DNA of 64,000 nucleotides from contig CAVTCZ010000009.1 in NCBI GenBank assembly GCA_963733395.1, forward strand, positions 293,436-357,435. The letters are read 5' to 3'. Below, piece by piece: positions 41,127 through 51,334 of the stretch. The notes beneath the pieces were generated by a model. That model had not been told where the DNA came from and made no database searches. It worked only from the letters and a program-made list of their open reading frames with translations. A program made the position numbers and the translations under genes. Positions within the stretch are counted from its first letter, which is position 1. Each line of letters begins with the position of its first letter. Source of the stretch: an uncultured Actinomycetota bacterium. GTDB taxonomy: Bacteria > Actinomycetota > Actinomycetes > S36-B12 > UBA10799.

Positions 41127-42214
41127 CGGCCCACCTCGGCCGCCCCGTCGGCGCTGCGCACCTCGTAGAAGGTCGCCCGCAAGCCGGACTCCTCTGCATA
41201 GCGACGGCCGACATGGGCCGTGAAGTCGGCGACCGCGCCCTGCTCGACCAGGTTGACGGTGCAGCCGCCGAACCCCGCTCCTGTCATCCGCGCGCCGATC
41301 ACCCCCGGGGCGTCCCAGGCTGCTGCTGCCATGGCGTCCAACGCCGGCCCGGTCACCTGGAAGTCGTCCCGCAACGATTCGTGCGAAGCCCGCATCAAGG
41401 CACCCATGGCCGGTCGGTCATCGTCTCGCAGGGCTTGCGCGAAACCCGCGACCCGCGCCTGCTCGGTCATGACGTGGCGGGCCACAGCACGCAGCCCCTC
41501 GGGCAACTGCGCCACCGCCTTGGCGATCTCGGCGGCCGGCACCTGCACGAGCGGTCGACCCAGCGCGGTCTGCGCCTGCTCGCAACGTGACCGCCGTTCG
41601 TTGTAGGCGCTGTCGGACAACTCGCGGCGCTGATTCGTGTTCGCCACGACCACCGCGATGTCAGCCGGGAAGCCGATGGGCGTGACGTGCAGCGAACTGC
41701 AGTCGATGGCCAGGGCATGGCCCGCCACCCCGGCCGCGATCGCCAACTGGTCCATGATCCCGCAGGCGACCCCGATGAACTCGTTCTCCGCGCGTTGACC
41801 GGCCAGCGCCAGCCGGACCGCGTCGAGTCCACCGCCGGCGATCGCAGTCACGGCGGTGGCCATCGCCAGCTCCAGGGAAGCCGACGACGACAGTCCGGCG
41901 CCGTTGGGGATGGCCCCCCGGACCCGGACGTCCATGCCCGGCGCTGCGATACCGTCGCGCCGCAGTGCGAAGACCACCGCCACCAGGTAATTGACCCAAT
42001 TCCACTCCGGGCGCGGCGAGGCGGCATCGATGTCTGCCACCACTTGTCCCACCTCCGGGAAGTTGTCAGAGGTGGCGACCAACAATCGGTCCGTCCGGGG
42101 ACGCGCCCAGAGGTCGGTGCCGCGGTCGATGGCCATGGGCAGCACCGTGCCGCCCATGTAGTCGATGTGATCGCCGATGAGGTTGACCCGGCCCGGCGCG
42201 TGGAAGTGCCGCAT
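41123..42214 (-). CDS. galK: Galactokinase
   Basis: PGRVNLIGDHIDY, GAGLSSSA, CGIMDQ, RMTGAGFGG. Confidence 0.95.
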   Translation of the reverse strand: MRHFHAPGRVNLIGDHIDYMGGTVLPMAIDRGTDLWARPRTDRLLVATSDNFPEVGQVVADIDAASPRPEWNWVNYLVAVVFALRRDGIAAPGMDVRVRGAIPNGAGLSSSASLELAMATAVTAIAGGGLDAVRLALAGQRAENEFIGVACGIMDQLAIAAGVAGHALAIDCSSLHVTPIGFPADIAVVVANTNQRRELSDSAYNERRSRCEQAQTALGRPLVQVPAAEIAKAVAQLPEGLRAVARHVMTEQARVAGFAQALRDDDRPAMGALMRASHESLRDDFQVTGPALDAMAAAAWDAPGVIGARMTGAGFGGCTVNLVEQGAVADFTAHVGRRYAEESGLRATFYEVRSADGAAEVGR

Positions 42215-42314
42215 GACCCTATTCAAGCCCCAGACAGCCGGCGTTGACCGGTCGATGGCGGACACGCCCGGCGACAGGTCGACATCGCCCCGGCCTTTCC
42301 GCCAGATTTGGCAC

Positions 42315-43665
42315 ATGAGCCTCAAAGAGTTCGGGGACGACTTCCTGTGGGGCGTCGCCACCGCGGCGTATCAGATCGAGGGGTCTCCGGACGCCGACGG
42401 CAAGGGACCGTCCATCTGGGACACGTTCACCCACAAGCCCGGCACGATCGCCGACGGAACCACCGGAGACGTGGCCACGGACTCCTACCGACGCTTCCCC
42501 GAGGACGTGGCCCTGGCGTACTCCATGGGCTTCGGTGCCTACCGGTTCTCGCTGTCGTGGCCGCGCATCCAACCGGACGGGCGCACCGTGAACCAGAAGG
42601 GCCTCGACCACTACAAGCGGATGATCGACTCCTGTCTGGGCGCCGGCATCCAGCCGTGGGTCACGCTGTACCACTGGGACCTGCCCCAGGATCTCGAGGA
42701 CCAGGGCGGGTGGACCAACCGCGGGATCATCGACGTGTTCGCCGACTACGTCTCGGTCGTCGGCGAAGCGCTCGGGGACCGGGTCGAGAACTGGATGATC
42801 TTCAACGAGCCGCTGACCTTCACGATGCTCGGCTACATGCTCGGCGAGTACGCCCCCGGACGTCGCGGCCTGAACAACTTCTTCCCGGCGATGCACCACG
42901 TCAATCTGGCCACTGCCGAAGGCGTCCGGGCCATGCGGGCGGCCGATCCGGACGGGGTCGTGGGAAGCACCGCGTACCTGACCGCCGCCCTGGGATCGGG
43001 GCCGGGACCGAATCTGGCCCAGCGCGCTGAGCGCGCCGCCAACGCAATGCTCAACCGCGCGTTCCTGGAACCCGGCCTCGGTCTCGGCTACCCCGTCGAG
43101 GACGCCCCGATCCTGCGGATGATGCGCCGCTACATCCGGACGGCGACCTCGAAGCGCTGCGAGGTCGACCTGGACTTCCTGGGCGTGCAGTACTACACCC
43201 GACTGCGGGCGCCGTTCCGCCCGATCCCGGGGTCTGTGGACCATCCCCGGCTTCGGCGACGACCCGGACCTGGAGAAGACCTCCATGGGCTGGGAGATCC
43301 GTCCGGAGGGCCTGGGGATGGTGCTCGACATGGTGCACGCCTACGGCCGCTACCCCCGCATCGTGGTGACTGAAAGCGGCGCCTCCTTCCACGACGAACT
43401 CGTGCACGGCCGGGTGCATGACGACCGCCGGATCGCCTACTACGAGTCACACTTGGCGCAGGTGCGTGCGGCCATGGACCGGGGGGTCCCGGTCGACGGC
43501 TACTTCTGCTGGTCGTTGCTGGACAACTTCGAATGGGCGGCGGGTCTCGAACCGCGCTTCGGCCTGGTCCACATCGACTACGAGACACAGCGACGCACGA
43601 TCAAGGACAGCGGGTACTGGTTCGCGGGGCAACTCGGGGGAACCGCAGTGCCCCCTGGTGAGTAG
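42315..43665 (+). CDS. GH1 beta-glucosidase/galactosidase, frameshift near 43235
   Basis: FLWGVATAAYQIEG, YHWD, FNEP, VTESG, WSLLDNFEW. Confidence 0.92.
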
Positions 43666-44512
43666 CCCGGTGCGGCCGGTTGCGATCGCACTCACCGCAC
43701 TGCTGATGGGCGCCTGCTCCTCGCCGGCAGCAAACGGCGGGGCCAGCCCGCCCCCGAAGCCGAGCCGCTGGACCACGGGAGCGTGGAAGACCGCTTGTCG
43801 CTACGACACCTCTGCCCTCCCCGAACTCAGCGGGCTGACCCCATCCGTGCGTCACAAGCACTTGCTGTGGGCACTGAACGACAGCGGCAACGAGCCGGTG
43901 CTGTTCGGCATCGACGCCCGGACATGCGCCATCCGGGCGCGTCATACGGTTACGGCCGCCGCTGTCGACTGGGAGGCCTTGAGCAGCGGCCGGAATGCCG
44001 CCGGCAAACCCGTGTTGTGGGTCGCGGATGTGGGTGACAACAACCGCGAACGATCCAGCGCCAGCGTGCTCGAAGTCAGCGAACCAGCGCTCGGGACGAC
44101 CAGTGGTGGCGCCATCCGCCACGAGTTCCGCTACCCCGACGGACCCCAAGATGCCGAAGCTCTGCTGGCTGCCCCCGGCGGCGAGCGTCTGTTCGTGCTG
44201 AGCAAGTCGCTGGTCGGACGCATCTTCGAGATCCTGGTCAGCAGCGCCGTGATCGTGGCCAAGCCCGTCGGTTCCGCGCCGGCCTTCGCGACCGACGCCG
44301 CCACCAACCCGGTCACCGGCGACTACGTGGTTCGTGACTACGCAGGGCTCACCCGCTTCCGGGGTCCGGTTCCGGGAACTCGACTGGGTCGGACCTCCCC
44401 GCCGAGGCAACGACAGGCGGAAGCTGTGGCGTTCAGCCGCTCAGGGCATTGGCTCTACACCGCCTCCGAGGGCGACCCGCGACTGCTGCGGGCGAGGGTG
44501 CTGCGCAATTGA
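43658..44512 (+). CDS. Lipoprotein, probable beta-propeller (ELSGL/NDSG/DWEA/DVGDN family)
   Basis: Lipobox LMGAC; YPDGPQDAEA, QAEAV motifs. Confidence 0.78.
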   Translation: MSSPVRPVAIALTALLMGACSSPAANGGASPPPKPSRWTTGAWKTACRYDTSALPELSGLTPSVRHKHLLWALNDSGNEPVLFGIDARTCAIRARHTVTAAAVDWEALSSGRNAAGKPVLWVADVGDNNRERSSASVLEVSEPALGTTSGGAIRHEFRYPDGPQDAEALLAAPGGERLFVLSKSLVGRIFEILVSSAVIVAKPVGSAPAFATDAATNPVTGDYVVRDYAGLTRFRGPVPGTRLGRTSPPRQRQAEAVAFSRSGHWLYTASEGDPRLLRARVLRN

Positions 44513-44807
44513 GCGGGGAGTCCTGCTGCCGCCGGCCGCTGGGGACCGGTGGCACGGCCCGGAACCCGGCGAGTGTTGCACCGTTGTCGTGCTCGCTGCT
44601 CGAGTGTTGCGCGGTTGTCGGTTCCGGGGGCTCCAAACCAGCAACCGCGCAACAGTCGCGGCGGGCGACCAGCAACCGCGCAACAGTCGAGCCCCGATCC
44701 GTCAGGCAGAACATCACCACACCCCGCGACGACGCAGCCCAGAGCCTGCGCTGCCGCCGCGCGTTCCACGGCGTCGCCGTCGACTCCCCACCCCAATCCG
44801 AAGCGCC
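44509..44807. mobile_element. Family A composite element copy 3
   Basis: Outer ends TTGAGCGGGGAGTC and GACTCCCCACCCCAATCCGAAGCGCC match copy 1 ends; boxes at 44570, 44601 (reverse), 44642, 44673 (forward). Confidence 0.65.
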
Positions 44808-44830
44808 CGGAACGTGGAATCACCTACCGC

Positions 44831-44850
44831 TAACGACAATCATTTTCAGT
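44831..44850 (+). promoter_or_regulatory. Zur box
   Basis: TAACGACAATCATTTTCAGT resembles actinobacterial TGAnAAnnnTTnTCA; just upstream of -10 TACGGT of leaderless znuA. Confidence 0.75.
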
Positions 44851-44869
44851 CACTGGTACGGTTGTCCAC

Positions 44870-45784
44870 ATGCGCAGAACCCTCCTCCCGATCGCATTCG
44901 GCACCGTCCTGCTGGCGGCTGGCTGTAGTGCTTCCCAGAGCGGCGATGCCGCCTCCCCCAGTACCCCGCAGAGCACCCAGACGGTCGTGGCATCCCACTA
45001 CCCCGTGCAGTTCCTCGCCGAGCAAGTGGGCGGCGACCTCGTCGACGTCCAGACCCTCACCGCTCCGGGCGCGGAACCGCACGACCTGGAACTCAGCCCG
45101 CAACAGGTGGCAGAGGTGCAGGAAGCAACAGCGGTGTTCTACATCGCGGACTTCCAGCCGTCCGTGGACGAGGCGGTCGCCGAAGCCTCCGGGACGACCG
45201 TCGACCTCTCCGAAGGTCTCCCCCTGCGCACCGCCGAGGAAGAGCACGCGGGCGAGGAGCCGGACCACGGCGGCACGGATCCCCACGTCTGGCTCGATCC
45301 CGTCCTGATGCAGCAGATGGCCGTGACCGTGGCCGACACGCTGGCCGAAGCCGACCCCGACAACGCCCAGACCTACCAGGACAACGCCGCTGAACTCGGA
45401 ACGGAACTGGCAGCGCTGAACACCGAGTGGGAGGAGGGGACCGCCACCTGCGAGATCCGCACCATGGTCGTCAGCCACGAGGCCTTCGGGTATCTGGCCG
45501 ACCAGTACGGCTTCGAACAGAAGGGCATCTCCGGCTTGTCGCCCGAGACCGAGCCGAGCGCATCGGCCATCGCCGACCTGGTCTCGTTCGTCGAGGACAA
45601 CGGCGTCACCACCGTCTACAGCGAGACGCTGGTGGACCCAGCGGTAGCTGAGACGATTGCCGCGGAGGCTGGCGTGCAGACGGCCACCCTCGACCCACTG
45701 GAGGGTCCGCCGGCCGACGGTGACTACCTCTCGGCGATGCGGGCGAACCTCGCGACGGTTTCTGCGGGACAATCCTGTTCGTGA
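44870..45784 (+). CDS. znuA: Zn ABC transporter substrate-binding lipoprotein
   Basis: Lipobox AAGC; EPHD, DPHVWLDP, HEAFGY. Confidence 0.9.
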   Translation: MRRTLLPIAFGTVLLAAGCSASQSGDAASPSTPQSTQTVVASHYPVQFLAEQVGGDLVDVQTLTAPGAEPHDLELSPQQVAEVQEATAVFYIADFQPSVDEAVAEASGTTVDLSEGLPLRTAEEEHAGEEPDHGGTDPHVWLDPVLMQQMAVTVADTLAEADPDNAQTYQDNAAELGTELAALNTEWEEGTATCEIRTMVVSHEAFGYLADQYGFEQKGISGLSPETEPSASAIADLVSFVEDNGVTTVYSETLVDPAVAETIAAEAGVQTATLDPLEGPPADGDYLSAMRANLATVSAGQSCS

Positions 45785-46536
45785 GCGTCCTCCGCACGTC
45801 CGGCCTCGGGGTCCAGTTCGGACAACCGGTATTGCGGGACGTGAGCCTGGACATCGCGGCCGGCGACTTCGTGGCTCTCATGGGCGCCAACGGCACGGGC
45901 AAGACCACCTTGGTGCGCTGTGTGCTCGGCCTGCTCCGCCCGGACGAGGGGCAGGCGTGGCTGTTCGACACCCCCGTGGTCGGGTTCCGCGCCTGGCCCC
46001 GGGTGGCTTACGTACCTCAGCGCCTGCTGGCCAACAGCGCAGTGCCCTTGAGTGTCGAGGAGGCCGTGCGCAGCGCCCTGACGTCGGCTCACCACCGATG
46101 GCGGCCACTGAACCGGGAGGAGCGCAGTCGGGTCCGTACCGCTTTGGAGCAGGTCGGGCTGTCCGGGCGCACGCATGACCGTCTGGAGGACCTGTCCGGC
46201 GGACAGCAGCGACGCGTGATGATCGCGCGGGCGCTGGCCACCCGCGCGGAACTGTTGATCATGGATGAGCCCACGGCGGGCATCGACGCCCGCGAACAGG
46301 CCCGCCTGGCCAGCCACATGCGGGATCTTCAGGACCGAGGCGCAACAGTCGTCCTGATCACACACGACCTGGGGCCGGTCGCCTCCTTGGCCAACCGCGC
46401 GATCGTCCTCGGACCGCCGAACCTGCCCTCCGTGCGGTATGACGGCCCCTCCCCGCCCCCGCCGCAGTGGACCGAGCATGTCTGGCACCACAGCCAGGAC
46501 ACGCCCGAAGAGCCCGGACTGCTGGAGGGCCCGTGA
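45781..46536 (+). CDS. znuC: Zn ABC transporter ATPase
   Basis: GANGTGKT, YVPQ, LSGGQ, DEP, THD. Confidence 0.9.
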   Translation: MSVLRTSGLGVQFGQPVLRDVSLDIAAGDFVALMGANGTGKTTLVRCVLGLLRPDEGQAWLFDTPVVGFRAWPRVAYVPQRLLANSAVPLSVEEAVRSALTSAHHRWRPLNREERSRVRTALEQVGLSGRTHDRLEDLSGGQQRRVMIARALATRAELLIMDEPTAGIDAREQARLASHMRDLQDRGATVVLITHDLGPVASLANRAIVLGPPNLPSVRYDGPSPPPPQWTEHVWHHSQDTPEEPGLLEGP

Positions 46537-47345
46537 CCTGGCTGGACTTCGACTTCATGCGCCGGGCGCTGCTGGCGGCTCTGGTGATCGGCCTCGTGGC
46601 TCCCGCCATCGGCGTGTTCCTGGTACAGCGCCGACTGGCGCTGCTCGGCGATGGCATGGGCCACGTAGCACTCACCGGCGTCGGGCTGGCATTCCTCACC
46701 GGGACTGCCCCCGTGCCCACTGCGCTGGCCATTTCGGTGCTGGGGGCGATCGGGATCGAGGTGCTGCGCGCCCGCAGCCGCTCCGCCGGGGACGTCGTTC
46801 TGGCGCTGGTCTTCTACGGCGGCATCGCCGGAGGGGTCTTGCTGACCTACCTCGCGGGCAACCGGGCCGCGACCTCTCTCAACCAGTATCTGTTCGGCGC
46901 CATCACCACCGTGTCCGCCGGGGATCTGGTGTGGTTGACGGCGTCGGCCGTGGCCGTTCTCGCCGTGCTGGCGGTGTTCGGCCGCGAGATGTTCGCCGTG
47001 GCCTTCGACCCCGACGTGGCACGCACCCAGGGGATCCACACCGAGCTCATCAGCGTGCTCACCACGGTTCTGGCGGCGGTGACGGTCGTCATCGGCATGC
47101 GGACGGTCGGCTTGCTGCTGGTCAGCGCGATCATGATCGTGCCGATCGCGGCGGCGCAGCAGGTCAGTTCGTCCTTCCGGGGCACTGCCGTCCTAGGCGT
47201 GATCATCGGCGTGGTCTGCGCTGTGGGCGGCGTGATCGGCAGTTACTACATCGACGCGCCCTCGGGGGCGACGATCGTGTTGCTCACGCTCGCCTGCTTC
47301 CTGGTTGCACTACCCATCGGCTCATTCGTTCGGAGGTCGTCATGA
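46533..47345 (+). CDS. znuB: Zn ABC transporter permease
   Basis: GDGMGHVAL, YLFG, VGLLLVSA, PSGATIV. Confidence 0.9.
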   Translation: MTWLDFDFMRRALLAALVIGLVAPAIGVFLVQRRLALLGDGMGHVALTGVGLAFLTGTAPVPTALAISVLGAIGIEVLRARSRSAGDVVLALVFYGGIAGGVLLTYLAGNRAATSLNQYLFGAITTVSAGDLVWLTASAVAVLAVLAVFGREMFAVAFDPDVARTQGIHTELISVLTTVLAAVTVVIGMRTVGLLLVSAIMIVPIAAAQQVSSSFRGTAVLGVIIGVVCAVGGVIGSYYIDAPSGATIVLLTLACFLVALPIGSFVRRSS

Positions 47346-47740
47346 CACAACCACGCCGGCGTACCCGGCAGCGGGAAGCCGTCGCCACCTTGCTGCACGA
47401 GCGCGAGGACTTCCGCACCGCCCAGCAGATCCACGCCGACCTGCGGGACACCGGTGCTGACGTCGGCCTGACCACGGTCTACCGCACCCTCGCAGCCATG
47501 GCGCAGAGCGGCGAGGTCGACGTGTTGCTGGCCGAGGACGGCGAGGCGCGCTACCGGGCCTGCAGCACCGACCACCACCACCACTTGGTGTGCCGGGAGT
47601 GCGGTTTCACCGTCGAGGTGACTGCCGCACCCGTGGAGCGCTGGGCGAGGCGCATCGCCGCCGATCACGGCTTCACCGAAGTCACCCACACCGTAGAGGT
47701 CGTCGGACTCTGCGAAACGTGCACCCGCCGCAAGGCCTAG
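47342..47740 (+). CDS. zur: Fur-family zinc uptake regulator
   Basis: TRQR, TTVYRTL, HHHHLVCRECG, C-terminal CETC; last gene of the znu operon. Confidence 0.88.
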   Translation: MTQPRRRTRQREAVATLLHEREDFRTAQQIHADLRDTGADVGLTTVYRTLAAMAQSGEVDVLLAEDGEARYRACSTDHHHHLVCRECGFTVEVTAAPVERWARRIAADHGFTEVTHTVEVVGLCETCTRRKA

Positions 47741-47789
47741 CCTGCCCCGCGGGATAACCTGCCAATCGATCCCGGAGGTTCTTCTTCTC

Positions 47790-48506
47790 ATGACCAACAA
47801 ACTCGTCGCCGAATTCGTCGGCACATTCCTGCTCGTGTTCGTAGCCGTCGGCGCCGCTGTCAGCGGCATCAAGTCCGTGGGCATGCTCGGTGTGGCCCTG
47901 GCTTTCGGCCTCGTGCTGGCGGCACTGGCCTACGCCATCGGCCCGACATCCGGCTGTCACGTGAACCCGGCCGTCACACTGGCGTTCTGGCTGTCCAAGC
48001 GACAGGAGGGCAAGGAAGCCGGGCTGTACATGGTCGCGCAGTTCCTGGGCGCGGCCCTGGGCGGCTTCGTGCTCTGGGTGCTGGTCAACGCCGGTGGTAT
48101 CACCGACGAGACCGGCGGCCTGGGGACCAACGCCTTCGGCGGTGACGGCCCCAATGCCCTCGGCGCCTTCTTGGTCGAGGCCCTGCTCACCGCCACCTTC
48201 GTCGGGGTCATCCTGCTCGTCACCGACCACGCGGCCGCACCCGGGTTCGCCGGTATTGCGATCGGCGCCGCGCTGGCCATGGTCCACCTGGTCGGCATCC
48301 CGCTCACCGGCACATCGGTCAACCCGGCCCGTTCGCTGGGTCCGGCACTGTTCGCCGGCGGCGAGTCGCTGCAGCAGGTGTGGTTGTTCCTCATCGCCCC
48401 CTTCGTGGGCGGAGCGCTGGCTGTGGTGATCTGGAAGATCACCCGACCGACTGCAGCAATCCTCAGCGACGAGGGCGAAGAGCAGCTCGGCCGCGAGGGC
48501 GGCTGA
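47790..48506 (+). CDS. Aquaporin (MIP family, AqpZ-like)
   Basis: SGCHVNPAVT and TSVNPARS. Confidence 0.94.
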   Translation: MTNKLVAEFVGTFLLVFVAVGAAVSGIKSVGMLGVALAFGLVLAALAYAIGPTSGCHVNPAVTLAFWLSKRQEGKEAGLYMVAQFLGAALGGFVLWVLVNAGGITDETGGLGTNAFGGDGPNALGAFLVEALLTATFVGVILLVTDHAAAPGFAGIAIGAALAMVHLVGIPLTGTSVNPARSLGPALFAGGESLQQVWLFLIAPFVGGALAVVIWKITRPTAAILSDEGEEQLGREGG

Positions 48507-48542
48507 CCGGCGGGTCGGAATCCGACCTGCGATTCGCACGAG

Positions 48543-48610
48543 GTTAGAGGATGTCCACCGCGTTGGCAAAGACACGCGTGGGTTCACTCACGGCGTGAAC
48601 ATCCTCTAAC
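48543..48610. repeat. Palindromic repeat family B copy 3
   Basis: GTTAGAGGATGT...ACATCCTCTAAC arms around AAGACACGCGTGGGTTCACTCAC (20/23 to core). Confidence 0.7.
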
Positions 48611-48655
48611 GCCGACGTTCACGCCGGTGCGCTCAAGCTGCCGGGCGTCCGGCAA

Positions 48656-49367
48656 TCAGCCGCCGAAGACCTCCACCGCGACCGCGGCCGCCACGCCGGC
48701 CGATTCGCCGGTCTGCTCACACATGGCGCGCACGAACTCCGGGTCCGCCATGCGATGGTCGCCGAGTCCGTCGAGGTAGGCGGTGTGTTCGGCCAGCGAG
48801 GCAACCGCCAGGTCGAGGAAGCCGGTCACGTCGATCGCGTGGGCCGACTGCGGTGACCCAGCAACCAGACACCGGGTCACGGAGTGCGGCGCCCGCCCTA
48901 GATCGGGGAAGATCCAGCGGTTCCCCGCATCGCCGGCCGCGTCCAGGGCAGCCTCGCCGACAGCCCGGTGGTCAGGGCTGTTCCGGCTGCCGGGCGAATC
49001 CCCAACCCTCACGGTGGTTGAACAGCAGCAAGGTGTCCGGCCGGCAGTCGCGGATGGCAGCGGTCAGATCGCGCCGCAGTGGCAGTCCGTACTCGATGGT
49101 GCCGTCCGGGTAGTCCAGGAAGGTCACCTCCTCGACCCCAACGATCGCGGCACTGGCCCGCTGCTCCCGCTCGCGCACCTGAGCCGCTTGCGCCGGCGCC
49201 ATGGCGTCGATGCCGGCTTCGCCACGCGTCACCAGCAGGTAGTCGACGCGATGACCAGCTGCGGTCCACTTCGCCACCGCCGCTGCCGCCCCGTACTCCA
49301 AGTCGTCCGGGTGCGCGACGATGGCGAGCACGGTCCCTGGGTCTTCGTCCCACAACTGCAGTTCCAT
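48656..49367 (-). CDS. PIG-L/LmbE-family deacetylase, frameshift near 49000
   Basis: [28 protein letters not shown]. Confidence 0.86.
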
Positions 49368-49384
49368 GCCCTGACCTTAGGCCG

Positions 49385-50098
49385 CTACGCCACCTTGCTG
49401 CGCCAGTCGTCGGTGAACGCCGCTGGACCCATCACGATATGTGGGCTGGCGTCCGCGTCAAGCCAGCCCGCAACGCGCCGCATGGCCGGCCAGGAAATGG
49501 CCACACAACCGGCCGTGGGGCGCCCGCTGGTGACGTGCAAGAAGATCCCGCCACCCTTGTGCACACTGGCGGGTCGCGCCGCGCGCCGTTCGCCCGAGGG
49601 TGCCGTGTAGACCCCGCGGGGCAGGTTGTACCCGATCACCGCAGCCAGTCGATACTGCCTGCCGTAACTGAGCAAGCGCTCGGACCACTCACCGTCATCG
49701 CGCCACCGCGCGGATCCGGCACGACGGCTCTGCAGGACGTTGTACGTGCGGGGATCCCGCGGGTCGTAGGGCCAGTAGGAGGTAGCCGTGACCCGCTGGT
49801 AGGGCAGCCGCAGGTCCGGATCCACGACACGCCCGAAGGCACCGGGCACTGCGAACACCCCCGCCGGAGTGGTGCCGGTGTTCTGGCGCCGGCGCTCGGC
49901 GCGGACGAAGCCGTTGACGCCTATCCACGCTGTGATCGGGCGGCCGACCTGGACCCAGCCCTGACCGTCGTGACGGAATCGGCGCAGCGTCGCTCGCTGA
50001 CTGCCCCAGGCCTGTGACGTGACCACGATCGCCTGACTGGGCGGATCCGTGGGCGAGGCGACCACAGCGAGGGCGGCAGCGAGCGCGAGGTCGAGCAT
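49385..50098 (-). CDS. Secreted YkuD/L,D-transpeptidase-like protein
   Basis: Signal peptide; TGTTPAG, GGGIFLH...PTAGCV. Confidence 0.85.
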   Translation of the reverse strand: MLDLALAAALAVVASPTDPPSQAIVVTSQAWGSQRATLRRFRHDGQGWVQVGRPITAWIGVNGFVRAERRRQNTGTTPAGVFAVPGAFGRVVDPDLRLPYQRVTATSYWPYDPRDPRTYNVLQSRRAGSARWRDDGEWSERLLSYGRQYRLAAVIGYNLPRGVYTAPSGERRAARPASVHKGGGIFLHVTSGRPTAGCVAISWPAMRRVAGWLDADASPHIVMGPAAFTDDWRSKVA

Positions 50099-50206
50099 GG
50101 GTTCAGCGTAGGCGCCCTCGCCCTGGGCCGGGCAGCGAGCCAGGACAGCGCCGCGGGCGGCACTCCGCCACGCTCCGCGGCACTGCGCCCAGTTACCTTT
50201 GAAGGG

Positions 50207-51292
50207 ATGGCTGCCACCCGCATTCCCCGGCCCGATGTCGATCCCATCGTGCGCGAGACCCGCGCCGCCTACCGCAGCCTGCTCGGCGGTGGCTTCGCTG
50301 ACCTGCGACGCATGCCCTCGGAAGTGATCTTCGACGAGCCCAAGTGCACGGTGCACAGATACGAGCCGACCGCCGATCAGGCCCCCGATACCCTGCCTGT
50401 GCTGCTCATCCCGCCGATGGCGGCCACCCCCGTGTGCTTCGATCTGCGGCGTGGCTGCTCCATGGTCGAGTTCCTGGTCGATCGCGGCCGGCCGACCTAC
50501 CTCGTCGACTACGGCGACCTCAGCACGTTGCGGGATCAGGACCTCGGGCTCGAACACTGGATCGACGCCGTGATCCCGGACGCTATCGAGTCCGTGATCG
50601 CCGACTCGGGCGCCCGGGGCGTGCACCTGGTGGGATGGTGCCTCGGGGGCATCCTCGAAATGTTCACTGCGGCCGCCCACCCCGACCTGCCCATCGTCAG
50701 CGTCACGTCGGTCGCCAGCCCGTTCGACTTCAGCCAGGTCCGGGTGTTGGGGCCGGTCCGGATCATGGAGGACCTCACCGGCGGGATCCTGACTACTGGT
50801 CTGGTCCGCACCCTCGGCGGCATCCCGGGCCGGCTCAACGGCTGGATCTACCGATGGCTGGACCCGGTGAAACAGATCAAGAAACCGTTGCTGCAACTGC
50901 AGAGCCGGGGCGATCACGACACCCTGGCACAGATCGAAGCTGTCGACGTCCTGATGGACACCATGGAGGCCTACCCGGGCCGCAGCATCTCGCAGATCTA
51001 CCACTCACTGATCCGCACGAACCGCATGTCACAGGGGCGCCTGCACCTCAAGCACAACCGGGTGGTGGCACTCAGCGACGTCGAGGTGCCGGTGCTGGCC
51101 ATCGCCGGCACGGGTGACCTGTTCTTCGCACCGCCGGCGTCCGCGCATCACGTGGCGACGCTGCTGACCAAGAGTCCTGAGGTCCGCCTGGAGACGGCAC
51201 CCGGTGGCCACCTCGGCGTGCTCAGCGGCCGCAGCGCCCGCGACACGACGTGGGCCTTCGTCGACGAGTTCCTGACGGAGAACGACGGGTGA
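50207..51292 (+). CDS. PHA synthase (PhaC)-like alpha/beta hydrolase
   Basis: Cys lipase box GWCLGG, catalytic D (GTGD) and H (GGHLG). Confidence 0.8.
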   Translation: MAATRIPRPDVDPIVRETRAAYRSLLGGGFADLRRMPSEVIFDEPKCTVHRYEPTADQAPDTLPVLLIPPMAATPVCFDLRRGCSMVEFLVDRGRPTYLVDYGDLSTLRDQDLGLEHWIDAVIPDAIESVIADSGARGVHLVGWCLGGILEMFTAAAHPDLPIVSVTSVASPFDFSQVRVLGPVRIMEDLTGGILTTGLVRTLGGIPGRLNGWIYRWLDPVKQIKKPLLQLQSRGDHDTLAQIEAVDVLMDTMEAYPGRSISQIYHSLIRTNRMSQGRLHLKHNRVVALSDVEVPVLAIAGTGDLFFAPPASAHHVATLLTKSPEVRLETAPGGHLGVLSGRSARDTTWAFVDEFLTENDG

Positions 51293-51334
51293 CGGATCGG
51301 GTCACCGCCGACGTGCCTGTTGGTCGGGGGTCGG

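Noticed and set aside
44862-44870. TTGTCCACA DnaA box
   Set aside because: Single copy overlapping the znuA start; no origin context.
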